Source: Octopus sinensis | Lineage: Eukaryota | Direction: 5' to 3' | Length of the DNA: 64,000 nucleotides | Assembly (NCBI RefSeq): GCF_006345805.1 | Contig: NC_043007.1 | Coordinates: 22,072,001-22,136,000 of the forward strand | In this document: piece by piece, positions 13,827 through 26,300 of the stretch | Position numbering within the stretch: position 1 is the stretch's first letter | Layout: every line of letters begins with the position of its first letter | Translations under genes and position numbers: made by a program | Notes under the pieces: model-generated | Databases searched by the model: none | Seen by the model: only the letters and a program-made list of their open reading frames with translations | Told to the model about the DNA's origin: nothing

Positions 13827-14359
13827 TCTATCCAGATAAATGTGTATATATGTATATATACAAACATGTATCCAGACAAAAGTTAATATGTTTTTATATA
13901 TATATATATATCTGTGTGTCTGTGTGTGTATACCTAAACTTACACTGGTAATTGGAATACTTAACTTAGACTGGTAATTGGTTCCAAATTGCATGACAAC
14001 TCGAAAAACTATCTAACACAAAATGGCATTTTGAAATATTTATCTTATATCTGATTTAATAAATGATTTGTACATATTCATACCTGTATTTATTTGATTT
14101 TCTAGTTTAGTATTGGCTCAATCCTACCTGCTTCATCTGATCAGTAAGATACAATACTCTTAGGTTAGTTTTAATTACCATATTTGTTGCTGTAGAAGAT
14201 ACATTTTTTTATAGTTTTAAATGTATCCAAAAATTGCCCTGCATCTAATGTGGCTGTATTGTAGATGGGAGACTGAGTGTTGTAGGCTATCATGCCAGAT
14301 GAGAATGATCTGTTTGGTACAATAACCATTTCTTCTTCTTCTTGAGACAGCATTCACCC

Positions 14360-14690
14360 GGGGTGGGTTGAGCTGGCTTCATTCATCCTCAGTGTTGCAT
14401 CTCACAAACGCCGATCAAACCTGGCGATTTGAGGCTAACAACCGCGTGATCTCCAACCACTCCTTATTCCAGTGGCGAACGCTGTAGATATGGGGGCCTA
14501 GGTTGGGTTCCAGATCAGCCTTGACCGTCATCAGCCAAGTTTGAGTCAAGCAGTGGTCTGCCTGTGAGCAGGTCCCATGCATGGTAACCTTCTCCAGCAT
14601 TCTCTGCACAACCCGAGAGGGCCTGTACTCCTCTGCTGTCGTTAAGTAGATTACTGGAACTGTGGCCACCCGTGACTAGATGAATACTGG
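14360..14690 (-). mobile_element. RTE LINE 3' fragment
   Basis: Minus frame TWLMTVKADLEPNLGPHIYSVRHWNKEWL resembles the RTE ORF2 C-terminus. Confidence 0.6.
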
Positions 14691-16238
14691 GGTGGTTTCC
14701 CATTGTCTTCTCCGAGGGTGTGGGATTTGAATTCAGAGAATAGTGAGCCAGAAGAAATACTGGAGAGCATTTCTGCTGATGTGCCAATAATTCTGCCACT
14801 GCCCCACACATAGGGGACAACTTGAAATGAAGTGTTTTGCTCAAGGACACAACACACCACTTTGTCTGAGAATTGAACTCACAATCTGCCAGTCATGAGT
14901 GCGACACCCTATTCGTTAGGCTATGTACTTTCACAATAATTGTTAGAAATAATAAAATATTGAAAACAATTCAAATTATCACAGTCTATAAAATTGCTTA
15001 CAATATGTTGGCAGTTATGTGGTCAGGTCACATCATCTCATTATATCTCTTTCCTTGGCATATAGGAGTGGCTGTGTGGTAAGCAGCTTGCTTACCAACC
15101 ACATGGTTCTGGGTTCGTTCCCACTGCGTGGCACCTTGGGCAAGTGTCTTCTTGGGCCAACCAAAGCCTTGTGAGTGGATTTGGTAGACGGAAACTGAAA
15201 GAAGCCTGTCGTATATATGTATGTGTGTGTGTGTATATGTTTGTGTGTCTGTGTTTGTCCCCCCAACATCGCTTGGCAATCGATGCTGGAGTGTTTACAT
15301 CCCCGTAACGTAGCGGTTCGGCAAAAGAGACCGATAGAATAAGTACTAGGCTTACAAAGAATAAGTCCTGGGGTCGATTTGCTCGACTAAAGGCGGTGCT
15401 CCAGCATGGCCACAGTCACATGACTGAAACAAGTAAAAGAGTATCTATTTCCATGCTGGCATGGGTTCAATACTTTGACAGGAGCTGGTAAGTCCAGGGG
15501 CCACACCAGGCGGCTCCCTTGTATACTTTGGCATGGTTTCTACATCTGGATACCCTTCCTAACACCAACCACTTTACAAAGTGTACTGGGTGCTTTTTAC
15601 ACGGCACCAATGTGTTTTACTATGTCCATGTTAAGTAGGATATATAGATTGCTATTTGGTACAACACTGCTTCTATTACTCCTAATGTTTCAATAAGTGT
15701 ATGATGAAACATACCAAATGTTTTCCCACAAAATATTCTTGTAAAATAGGGTGTGTGTCTTATATGCTGGCAAATACGGCAGTTATTTGCAGGTCTTCCA
15801 AAGTCTGTCTTTGAAATAAATATTTCACCTTTACCAATTACTCATTCCACCGTAAATCACCTGTTCTTGGGTAAATGTCCGAATCAAGCCATCTCTATGA
15901 ATGTGTCCTTGATATTCAATCTTTATTGTTAACATTGCATATCCAACAGATAACGCTCAATACGATCCACTGCAATTGCTGTAGAACCTCAAAATATTTG
16001 CTTGAAAGCTATTGGTATTCCATCACAAAAGAAATCCATAAAAAAAATTCTGTCATCCTTGAATTAGGTATATTTTATTTCAATTTTCATCTAACAAATA
16101 TCACAGAAATTTAATATTTTGAATTAACTGTTTAATGTTGCAGTCAGTAATAAAGCCCAGGATTAAATATCTAACCTGTAGTTCCGAAGTCTCATTCCTC
16201 AGTTAAATGTAGGGACAAGGTTTGGTAGGGGGGTTTAA

Positions 16239-16971
16239 CCCTTTTGTTACGAACCCGGCTGAAACTGCTTCTGGCTCTGTAGTACAAATGTTTTGTTTAC
16301 ATAAGTTCTGAATTAAAGTCTTCCACCAAACTTTAGTCACAATTTATGTTCCTAACACTAGCTTAATGATAACTAAGTTATTTTATATTTAAAATTAATT
16401 GAAAGAAACACAGAGCATCTCAACAGAAATATGGTAACAAAAGGGTTAAGAATCAGCAGAAGACATAAAAGGAGACCTCAATGTGGTCACTCCATATGCT
16501 AGAAATAATAGCCTAAATTTCCTTCAAACCACACCCTTCCAATTGCTTCTAATGTGCATCTGCCCAAATGTAGAGGTGCGTTTAACCCTTTCGTTACCAA
16601 CCTGGCTGAAACCAGCTCTGGCTCTGAGTACAAATGTCTTCTGAATAAAAAAACTTCCACCTAAACCTTAGTCACAATTTATGTTCCTAACACTAGCTGA
16701 ATGATAACTAAGTTATTTTACTAAATTCTTTGTTATATTAAAAATTAATTGAAAGAAACACAGAGCATCTCAAATGGCTGAAACTGGCTCTGAGTACAAA
16801 TGTCTTATTTTCATAAGTTTTGAATCAAAATCTTCCACCAAACCTTAGTCACAATTTATGTTCCTAACACTAGCTGAATGATAACCAAGTTATTTTACTA
16901 AATTCTTTGTTATATTCAAAGTAATCGAAAGAAACACAAAGCATCTCAAAATAAATACAGTAACGAAAGGG
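16239..16971. mobile_element. piggyBac-type MITE family B: monomer 16239-16445 and dimer 16586-16971
   Basis: TTAA|CCCTTT...AAAGGG|TTAA; the dimer is joined at gagcatctcaa/atggctgaaac. Confidence 0.85.
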
Positions 16972-17324
16972 TTAAGTTTAATATGTGAATATATCCATAG
17001 TCCTGAACAGGATTCTCTTTGTTTTTTTCACACAGTTAAATACTAACAATATATTTTCTGGTCGATGAACACAAGACCATCATGTAACCTCGGGTGAAAA
17101 GCACTAACCCCAAATCTCTATAACGAAATGTTAGCTATAAATTAAACATATAAAAACACTTAAGATTTCTTCAATACCAAACCAACCCAACCCAATCCCT
17201 CTCAGTATGTAAAAGAGAAGTGTAACGTATATATAATAAGAGCTTTTGGGTGGAAATTCATAAAACCTTTAATGCATTAAAGGATTTATGAATTTCCATC
17301 CTAAAGTTATTATTATTAGATTAG

Positions 17325-17822
17325 AGGCGTTGAGCTGGCAGAAACGTTAGCATGCCGTGTGAAATGCGTAGCCGTATTTCGTCTGTCGTTACGTTCTGAG
17401 TTCAAATTCCGCCAAGGCCTTTCACCCTTTCGGGGTCGATAAATTAAGTACCAGTTACGCACTGGAGTCGATGTAATCGACTTAATCCCTTTGTTGGTCC
17501 CTTCTATGTTTAGCCCCTTGTGGGCAATAAAGAAATATCTGTCTGGTCTGAACTTTGCCTTTCATCCTTTCGGGGTCGATAAATAAAGTACCAGTTATGC
17601 ACTAGGGTCGATGTAATCGACTTAATCCCTTTGTTGGTCCCTTCTATGTTTAGCCCCTTGTGGGCAATAAAGAAACATCTGTCTGGTCTGAACTTTGCCT
17701 TTCATCCTTTCGGGGTCGATAAATTAAGTACCATGAAAACACTGGGGTCGATGTAATCGACTTAATCCCTTCGTCTGTCTGTGTTTGTCCCCTCTATGTT
17801 TATCCCCTTGTGGGCAATAAAA
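17325..17822 (+). mobile_element. SINE family A head plus three tandem bodies
   Basis: Body repeated with the identical junction tctgtctggtctgaactttgcc at ~17538 and ~17677. Confidence 0.8.
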
Positions 17823-18480
17823 AAATATGTATATATGTATATCCACACACACACACATTTGTGCAGATATTATTCTAAATAGTTAAATTTTGTTTCTTAA
17901 AAATTGAAAAGACCTGGGTTTGTTTGTTTTTTTTTTAAAACTTTTTCTGCAATTTCTATATTTAGAGCTATCACTTTTGAGGATGTTCATCACATCGTAA
18001 TACCAAGGAGAATGTGTAAATACAAATATAAACATATTCTTTATTTGCTGTTATAAAAATTTTTATGTTGTTCTTATTGTTATTCAAGTTTTCAACTTAC
18101 ATTTTTTTTTCCTCCCTCTGTCATTCAATATGACTACGATCATTGTCAAAATGTACTTCCAAGTAAGATTGTTGAAATAAAACATGGAATTATTTATATA
18201 TTGTTTGTTCACTAGTTATTATTAAATATTAAAAGGCGGCTAGCTGGCAGAATCGTTAGCACGTCGGGCGAAATGCTTAGTGGTATTTCGTCTGCTGCTA
18301 CATTCTGAGTTCAAATTCCGCCAAGGTCAACTTTGCCTTTCATCCTTTCGGGGTCGATAAATAAAGTACCAGTTACGCACTGAGGGGGGTCGATATAATC
18401 GACTTAATCCGTTTGTCCCCTCTGTGTAGCCCCTTCTACCAACATTTCTCTGTTAGTAAGACACAGCAGAGTACTGTAAA

Positions 18481-19290
18481 GATCCAAGAATTCTGAGAGC
18501 ATACTGGCAAGACCACAAAACCAATTACTGTAAATCCTCGAGTATAATCCGCATTTACCCCACAAAATTTAAAGGTCAAAATCCCTAGTGCGTACTATAT
18601 ACGAGGTTAAAGATGAAAAATATTTTCTAAGCAATGTCCGAGTCTATTTGCTGTCTGGCGATGTTTATTCAGACGCATTTTGTGATGTCGGGTGTGAAAA
18701 TACCTTAAGCTAAACCTGAAAGCAATGAAGTCATAAAAGAATCATCCATAACTTGCAATAAGCAACATTTATTAAATGTTATTACTGTTATTTCTTTATT
18801 TTCTGCAAACAAAATGCACAAAAAAGCTACACGTTTGCATTAAGTTTTATATACAATAATAATAAAGGCCGTTACTGTATACATTTTTACAAACCAAGCA
18901 CGTTATATAGACCTCCTTGACTCAAGTTAGAGAAGGGGTGCATATTATACATAAGGTTTAGGTTTTTCAGAGGTACAGCTCCCTAAAAATCCCGTGTATT
19001 ATACTCAAGGATTTACAGTAAGACATTCTAATGAGAGCCAATACAAGACCAATTAGCAAAATCATCACAGAATGAAGATTAAATCTAGCAGGTCACATAT
19101 TCCAGTTAACAGAACAACTTCCAAATGGACATTACCAGAGGTATAAAGAAAGAGGACTGAAAATTACACAGCACAGACCATAACTGACATGAGAGAGGCT
19201 AATAACACACGGCAGGATCCAGAAAAAACCACAGCCAACAGCCAACAGCATCAACTAACTGCCCAATGAACTTGAGAGGATAGGAGAAAT
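18481..19290 (+). mobile_element. Degenerate RTE C-terminal fragment interrupted by a Tc2-like MITE
   Basis: RILRAYWQDHKTN (18487-18525) continues as DILMRANTRPISKIITE*RLNLAGHIFQ after 19020. Confidence 0.65.
18528..19018. mobile_element. Tc2/pogo-like MITE, second copy
   Basis: TA|ctgtaaatcct ... aggatttacag|TA; internally collinear with 6764-7276. Confidence 0.8.
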
Positions 19291-19369
19291 TGAGACAAAA
19301 GTAGTCGAAGCTGGAATGCCTTTGATCATAAATCTACTTACTCAGGGTTGAGTTAAATGGTGATGATCA

Positions 19370-19925
19370 CCATCATCGTTTAACGTCCGTTTTCCATGCT
19401 AGCATGGGTTGGACAGTTCGACCGGGGTCAGGGAAGCCAGGAGGCTGCAATAGGCTACAGTCTGATCTAGCAGTGTTTCTACAGCTGGATGCCCTTCCTA
19501 ACGCCAACCACTCCGTGAGTGTAGTGGGTGCTTTTTATGTGTTACCCGCATGGAAGCCAGTCGAGGCTGGCAACGGCCACGATCAGTTGGTGCCTTTTAT
19601 GTGCCACTGGCACGGAAGCCAGTCGAGGCGGAGCTGGCAACGGCCACGTACGAATGGTGCTTTTTACATGCCACCGGCACAGGTGCCAGGCGAGGCTGGC
19701 AAAAGCCACGATCGGTTGGTGCTTTTTACGTGCCAGTTAAGGCGGCGCTGGCATCAGCCACGTACGGATGATGCTCTTTACATTCCACTGGCACAGGTGC
19801 CAGGTGACGCTGGCAACAGCCACGTTCGGATGGTGCTTTTTACGTGCCACCGGCACTGATATCACAACTACAATTTCCATTGATTTTTTGATCGATTTCG
19901 ATTTCACTTGCCTCAACAGGTCTTA
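19370..19925 (-). mobile_element. V-domain-like SINE with (GAT)n tail and internal VNTR (copies near 300-770, 8245-8585, 21770-22075, 22185-22620, 24415-25170, 27895-28060, 31250-31592, 32745-33240, 46040-46597, 54570-54835)
   Basis: Sense strand ggttggcgttaggaagggcatccagctgtagaaac resembles the V-SINE core (recalled); ends ggacgttaaacgatgatgatg. Confidence 0.75.
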
Positions 19926-20275
19926 ACAGAAGAAAAACCTGAAAAGACTAGGTCCTTCACTACTGTTTGGTTAAGACTAGCCAAGAATTCAGTCGTAAAA
20001 AAATTTCTACAATTCTATATTTCTGAGATGAGGGATTTATATTATGTATGCTGTTTTACATTAGTTGGATTGGCATCCTCATCTTGATTGTTGCTTCCAC
20101 TACATTTCAGTTGTGTACATTCCAGGGTTAAACTCTCGGTATAAATCTAGACAACCAATATTTTTCTTCAGTATAGCAAAATTTCAACCAAATTAAAAAA
20201 CAAAAACAATTGCATGAAATCAAAGCTTTGCGTTAAAATTATGACACATACAATAAAGACATCAGATCTGAATAA

Positions 20276-20289
20276 TTTATTCATTTATT
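20276..20289 (-). terminator. Two AATAAA polyadenylation signals of eIF3k
   Basis: Plus-strand tttatt at 20284-20289 and 20276-20281, about 20-30 nt after the stop codon. Confidence 0.6.
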
Positions 20290-20306
20290 TCTTCCCCCCC
20301 CACGAA

Positions 20307-20371
20307 TCATTGAGGGGCCACAGGAGGCACCAGCTGTCCTTTTGAAGCCATTGTCATGATGGCAGCAACAT
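20307..20371 (-). CDS. EIF3K: eIF3k exon 8, coding part to TGA
   Basis: Acceptor ttttcttgtag; encodes (N)[20 protein letters not shown]; AATAAA follows. Confidence 0.9.
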
Positions 20372-23300
20372 CTACAAGAAAAAGAAAAAAAAAGAAAACA
20401 AATCAAACAAAATAAAGAATTAGAATTGTATTTTTATATTTATTTCCAGAAATTTAGGATTAAATAACAAAAAAAGTTTTTTTTAATTCAAAGATATTTT
20501 AGCAGGCCATGCTACACCAGACTGATGATGAGCAAGCCTCAGAAACATGTCTCTGGATGCAGGCTTAGCTGTTGGGGGTGCTTGTCTCCCCTTTGTAAGC
20601 ATAAGAACACAGGAAATGTGTCAAAGCCGACAGGAAGCATTGATGCTTCCTAGGGCTAAATAGTGGTCGTGTGATTCCCTTTATGGGACTGTCACGTCAA
20701 GTTGACAGTATACAACTGCTCAAAAATATTTTAATTTCCCCCCAAAATTGACATTTTCTTTTTAAATGATTGCTTCCATATGGTTTGTGTGGATGGATGT
20801 AGAGAGGAAAACTTTGGTGGTTAAAGGTATTGGAGTAAAAAAGGGGCAAGAGTGTTTATAAATGGTAGGAAAGCCTGGAGAGTGTTTGTTGACAGGTGAG
20901 TGAGTTTGATGTTGCTCAAAGGGGTAAGCATATGCTGTCAAGGCCCTGCTGCTGATATTGGGGGTTGTGTTTTATGCCTTCACCTAAGCATAGGACAGGG
21001 CTTGCCTTTTTGAGCTGGGAAATGAATGGAATGCCTGGTGTGTGTCTTGTTGTGGCTACCCCTTCCTTAAAAAACGGGGAAACAGGCCTGGGTATATGTA
21101 ACTACTCTTTTACTTGTTTCAGTTATTTGACTGCGGCCATGCTGGAACACCACCTTTAGTCGAGCAAATCGACCCCGGGACTTATTCTTTGTAAGCCTAG
21201 TACTTATTCTATCGGTCTCTTTTGCTGAATAGCTAAGTTACGAGGAAGTAAACACACCAGCACCAGTTGTCAAGCGATGTTGGGGGGACAAACACAGAAA
21301 CACAAACATATACACACGTGTATATATATATATATATATATGCATACATACGACGGGTTTCTTTCAGTTTCCGTCTACCAAATCCACTCACAAGGCTTTG
21401 ATTGGCCCGAAGCTATAGTAGAAGACATTTGCCCAAGGTGCCACGCAGTGGGATTGAACCCAGAACCATGTGTTGCTACTTCTCCAAAGTCATAGCTAGA
21501 GACATGTCATTAGAATGTCAGAGCAAAGGATTGCAAGAGGAATTCTTGAAGCTGAGCCAACAAGTAGGAGACATAGGGGTAGATCAAGAATGAGATGGCT
21601 GGACAAGAGCCATAATCTCAATTGGTCACGCTTAAGAATCTGGCCATAAATTGTAATGACAGCTGGTTCTGATAGGACCTGGGGTGCCTTAAGACTCTAT
21701 CCCACAACCCCACCCAAGAATAGTGGGCAAGGAAAATGGACGTCTTAATTTTGCAGCATCAGCGCTGCCTGACTGGCGTCCGTGTTGGTGACACGTAAAA
21801 AGCACCAACCGTTCGTGGCCGTTTGGCAGCCTGCTCTAGCCCCCGTGCCGGTGGCACTTATAAAGCACCGAACGTGGCCATTACCAGCCTCCACTGGCAC
21901 ATAAAAAGCACCCACTACACTCACGGAGTGGTTGGCGTTAGGAAGGGCATCCAGCTGTAGAAACAACTGCCAGATCAGACTGGAGCCTGGTTCAGCCTCC
22001 TGGCTTCCAGACCCCGGTCGAACCATCCAACCCATGCTAGCACGGAAAACGGACATTAAACGATGATGATGATGAACCAGTTTCTTCTTTTAGTTGGCAC
22101 ATAACTCAACATTTATACCAAAATTTTGAGCTCAAATATTAGTTTTGCATGACTCAAACTAATCAGATAACTCATTCATAAAATTCATCATTTAACGTCC
22201 GTTTTCCGTGCTAGCACAGGTTGGACGGTTCGACCAGGGTCTGGGAAGCCAGGGGCTGCACCAGGCTCCAGTCTGATCTGGCAGAGTTTCTACAGCTGGA
22301 TGCCCTTCCTAACGCCAACCACGCCGCGAGTGTAGTGGGTGCTTTTTACGTGCCACCAGCACAGGTGCCAGGGCGGTCCGGCATCGGCCACGATCGGTTG
22401 GAGCTTTTAACGTACCACCGGCACGGAAGCCAGCCAAGGAGGCGCTGGCAACGGCCACGTTCGGATGGTGCTTTTTATGTGCCACCAGCACAGAAGCCAT
22501 TCGAGGCGGCGCTGGCAACAGCCACGTTCGGATGGTGCTTTTTATGTGCCACCAGCACGGAAGCCAGCCAAGGCGGCGCTGGCATCGGCCACGTTCGGAT
22601 GGTGCTTTTTATGTGCCACCGAAAAAAAAAAAAAAAAAATACACATGTGAATTTCACTTCCACTTACTTTCAAGTGTTATTGTCTCTTTAATGTTCTTCG
22701 TTTTGATGTTTTCCTCTTGAACGGCAATAAAAATGGTATCACTGTCGATCAACTTCCAACCATATTTAGCTATCCATTGATTTAACTGCATTTCTGAAAG
22801 GAGAAACATAAATGAAAAGTTTCACTAATTTTCTTCCATCAATGATGTGATGATAAATAAACAACAACACAGCATCTACTAAAAATACTATATCACATAT
22901 ATAAATATACTGAAAGTTTAAAATATGTCTGTTGCCTGTGTGTGTGCACATATACAGGGTGCAAAAGGTATTTGAGGACATGCATTTTTTGGGTCATTGC
23001 TGCATTATTTGCTGACCGTGTATAATCTTTGTTTCAGAAAATAATAATAATGTAAGACCCTCAGCTTACTCAAGAAATGAAGAGTCATGCTGTTGTTGTG
23101 GTTATATAGTCTGAGTACAGCGATTGAGAAATATCTGAATTTTTTAAAGTTGCCAGATCTTTCGTCTACAAAGTTTGTAAAGAGTTAGAGACTGAAGATG
23201 GAAACGTATCACCAGTATGAAAAGCATAAAAAGCATTCTAAATGCTCTGAAATCATCAGAACAGCTGAATTTATCCAGCAAGTTCAACAGATCGTTGATT

Positions 23301-26300
23301 ACAATCCCAGAAAGTCCATGAGGTCAATTGCAAAAAATCTCCATTTGTCAGAAGGAACAGTCAGAAATGTTGTCCACAAAGACCTCAGATATGTCTTATA
23401 TGATGAGGAAAGGTCAGTTTGTCAGAAAAAGCAAAAGAAAACCACTACATCAGATCTAAAAGGCTCTTAAACAAATTGTAAAATCCAGCAGAAGATTTGA
23501 TTTGGTTTTTCTCCATGAGGCACAATGCTCAAAAGGAACTCAGCCACCTCGCCTCCGTGAGGTCCAACACTCAAAAGGAGTGTATATTATATTTATATAA
23601 CCTTTACTTATTTCAGTCATTAGACTGTGGCCTTAATGAGGCACCGCCTTGAAGAATTTTTTGGTCTAATTATTGCTAGTACTTATTTATTTATATTTTT
23701 TGGAGCCTGCTTCTCATTCTATCAGTATCTTTTGCTGAACTGCTAAGTCACTGAGATGTAAACAGAGCAGCACCAGTTTTCAAGCAGTGGTGGGGGACAA
23801 ACAGACACAAACGTACACCACACATATATACGGCAGACTTCTTTACAGTTTCCTCTCCCAAATCCACTCATAAGGCTTTGGTTGGCTTGAAGCTGTACTA
23901 AAAGGCATCTGCCCAAGGTGTCACTCAGTGGAATTGAACCTGGAACCATGTGGTTGGGAAGCAAGCTTTTTTACAATGCTGCCACTGCTGAATTTTAATA
24001 TGTTTCCATTCTAGTGGTGTCATGATAAAATGCACCCAGTAAACTCACAAAAGTGAAATTTACAAATCAGACATAAGCCTTTGATTGACCAAGATCATGA
24101 TAACTCATCCGTTCCTGGCCACCATGGAAGGCAAACATAATGAGTAGCCTTGTAAGATGGATGGATGGGTGTGTGTGTGTGTTATGCAATGTCTAAAAGT
24201 TGTATGAAAATAGCTTCTGAAATATTTCAAAGGAACAACATTTTGAGGTTATTCTTTCAAAAAAAAAAAAAAAAGTAAAAATAAAAATAAAACCACTTAA
24301 AATACCTGGAATGCAGCCAAGTAACTCTGTAAATACTTTCCGGCTGATTGTATCGTAGCCGATTCCAATTACGTGGCAGATGTCTGTAAAAAAAAAAACA
24401 GAAATTCAGAAAGTTCATCATCATCATCGTTTAACGTCTGTTTTCCATGTTGGCATGGGTTAGACGGTTTGACTGAGGTCTGGAGAGCCAGCGGCTGCAC
24501 CAGGCTTCAGTCTGATCCGGCAATGTTTCTACAGCTGGATGCCCTTCCTTATGCCAACCACTCCAAGAGTGTAGTGGGAGCTTTTTACGTTCCACTGGCA
24601 CAAGAGCCAGTCAGGTGGGCCTGGCATTGATCACGTTCAGATAGTGGTTTTTACATGCCACCAGTACAGGAGCCAGTCAGGGGGCACAGGCATCGACCAT
24701 TTTCAGATGGTGCTTCTTACGTGCCACCGGAATGGGAGCCAGTCAAGTGGGCCTGGCATTGATCACATTCGGATAGTGCTTTTTACATGTCACTGGCACA
24801 GAGGCCAGTCAGGGGACACTGGCCACGTTTGGATGGTGTTTTTATGTGCCACCAGCATAGGAGCCAGTCAGGTGCGCCTGGCATTGATCACGTCCCGATA
24901 GCGCATTTACATGTCACTGGCACAGAAGCCAGTCAGCAGGTACTAGCATTGGCCATGTTCAGATGGTGATTTTTACATGCCACCAGCACAGGATCCAGTC
25001 AGGTGGGCCTGGCATGGAAGCCAGTCAGGGGGCACTGGCATCAACCATGTTCGGATGGTGCTTTTTATGTGCCACCGGCATAGGAGCCAAGTCAGGTAGG
25101 CCTGGCATTGATCATGTTTGGATAGTGCTTTTTACATGCCACTGGCACCAGCAACGTTTGGATGGTGCTTCCTTGTATGTAAAGGAATAACTTTTTTTAA
25201 ACTTCCATTGGCGATGTATACGTGTTCAGTTTTTGCTGAATGAACTGCTCAAATGATTTGCTTATAGTGATCAAATGTATGTGTTGCACATAAGCACACT
25301 CACACCATGAAATCGAAAGTGCCTGTACAGGTGCACAAGTGTGCCACACATCAGATGTTGAAATGATTACAGAACAACGTGAAATGAAATGCTTTGCTCA
25401 AGAACACAATGCACCATCTGGCCTGGGAATCAAACCTGTGATCTAACGACCATCAGTACAACACCTTAACTGATAAAACTGCTTTTAATAGGTAGACTAG
25501 CTATTTCGACCCATGCTTTGCTCGGGTTTTGGTAGTGATGGCAACCAAACAGTAGCACCGAGCGACTTGCTACCCTCCTCACACCATTGCCCACCCCATT
25601 TTACCCCCCACTGTAAATTTTGGTGCCAATCCGACCCCATCTACCGCCCCTTAAACAGTTCCCACCCCAAAATGAGACAAATAACCAAGAAATCAAACAA
25701 CTTTTTCGCATTTCAGCTTTATAGGATATTGATTAACATTATTAAAACAAAAACAATCATAAACATAATCCACAAAAATATGGCTGTTGCAAACTCTTAC
25801 CTCATTTTAACCCTTTCGTTACCAACCTGGCTGAAACCCCCTCTGGCTCTGAGTACAAATGCCTTGTTTTCAAAAGTTCTGAATTAAAATCTTCCACCAA
25901 ACCTTAGTCACAATTTATGTTCCTAACACCAGCTCAATGATAACTAAGTTATTTTACTAAATTCTTTGTTATATTAAAAATTAATTGAAAGAAACACAGA
26001 GCATCTCAACAGAAATATGGGAACAAGGGGGTTAAAAGCACTCATGCTGGTGCCATGTAGAAGGCACTAGTGATGGTGTCACCTTAACCCTTTTGATACC
26101 AACCCGGCTGAAACCAGCTCTGAGGTACAAATGTCTTGTTTTCATAAATTTTAAATTAAAATCTTTCACCAAACCTTAGTCACAATTTATGTTCCTAACA
26201 CTAGCTGAATGATAACCAAGTTATTTTACTAAATTCTTTGTTATATTTAAAATTAATTGAAAGAAACACAAAGCATCTCAAAATAAATATAGTAACGAAA

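Noticed and set aside
15850-16080. Minus-strand KIEYQGHIHRDG and DDRIFF reminiscent of Gypsy RT
   Set aside because: Motifs are in different frames with many stops; too weak without a profile search.
19404-25190. 60-156-aa ORFs such as ...[12 protein letters not shown]...
   Set aside because: They recur at every copy of the V-like SINE and its VNTR; repeat-derived, with no protein-family signal.
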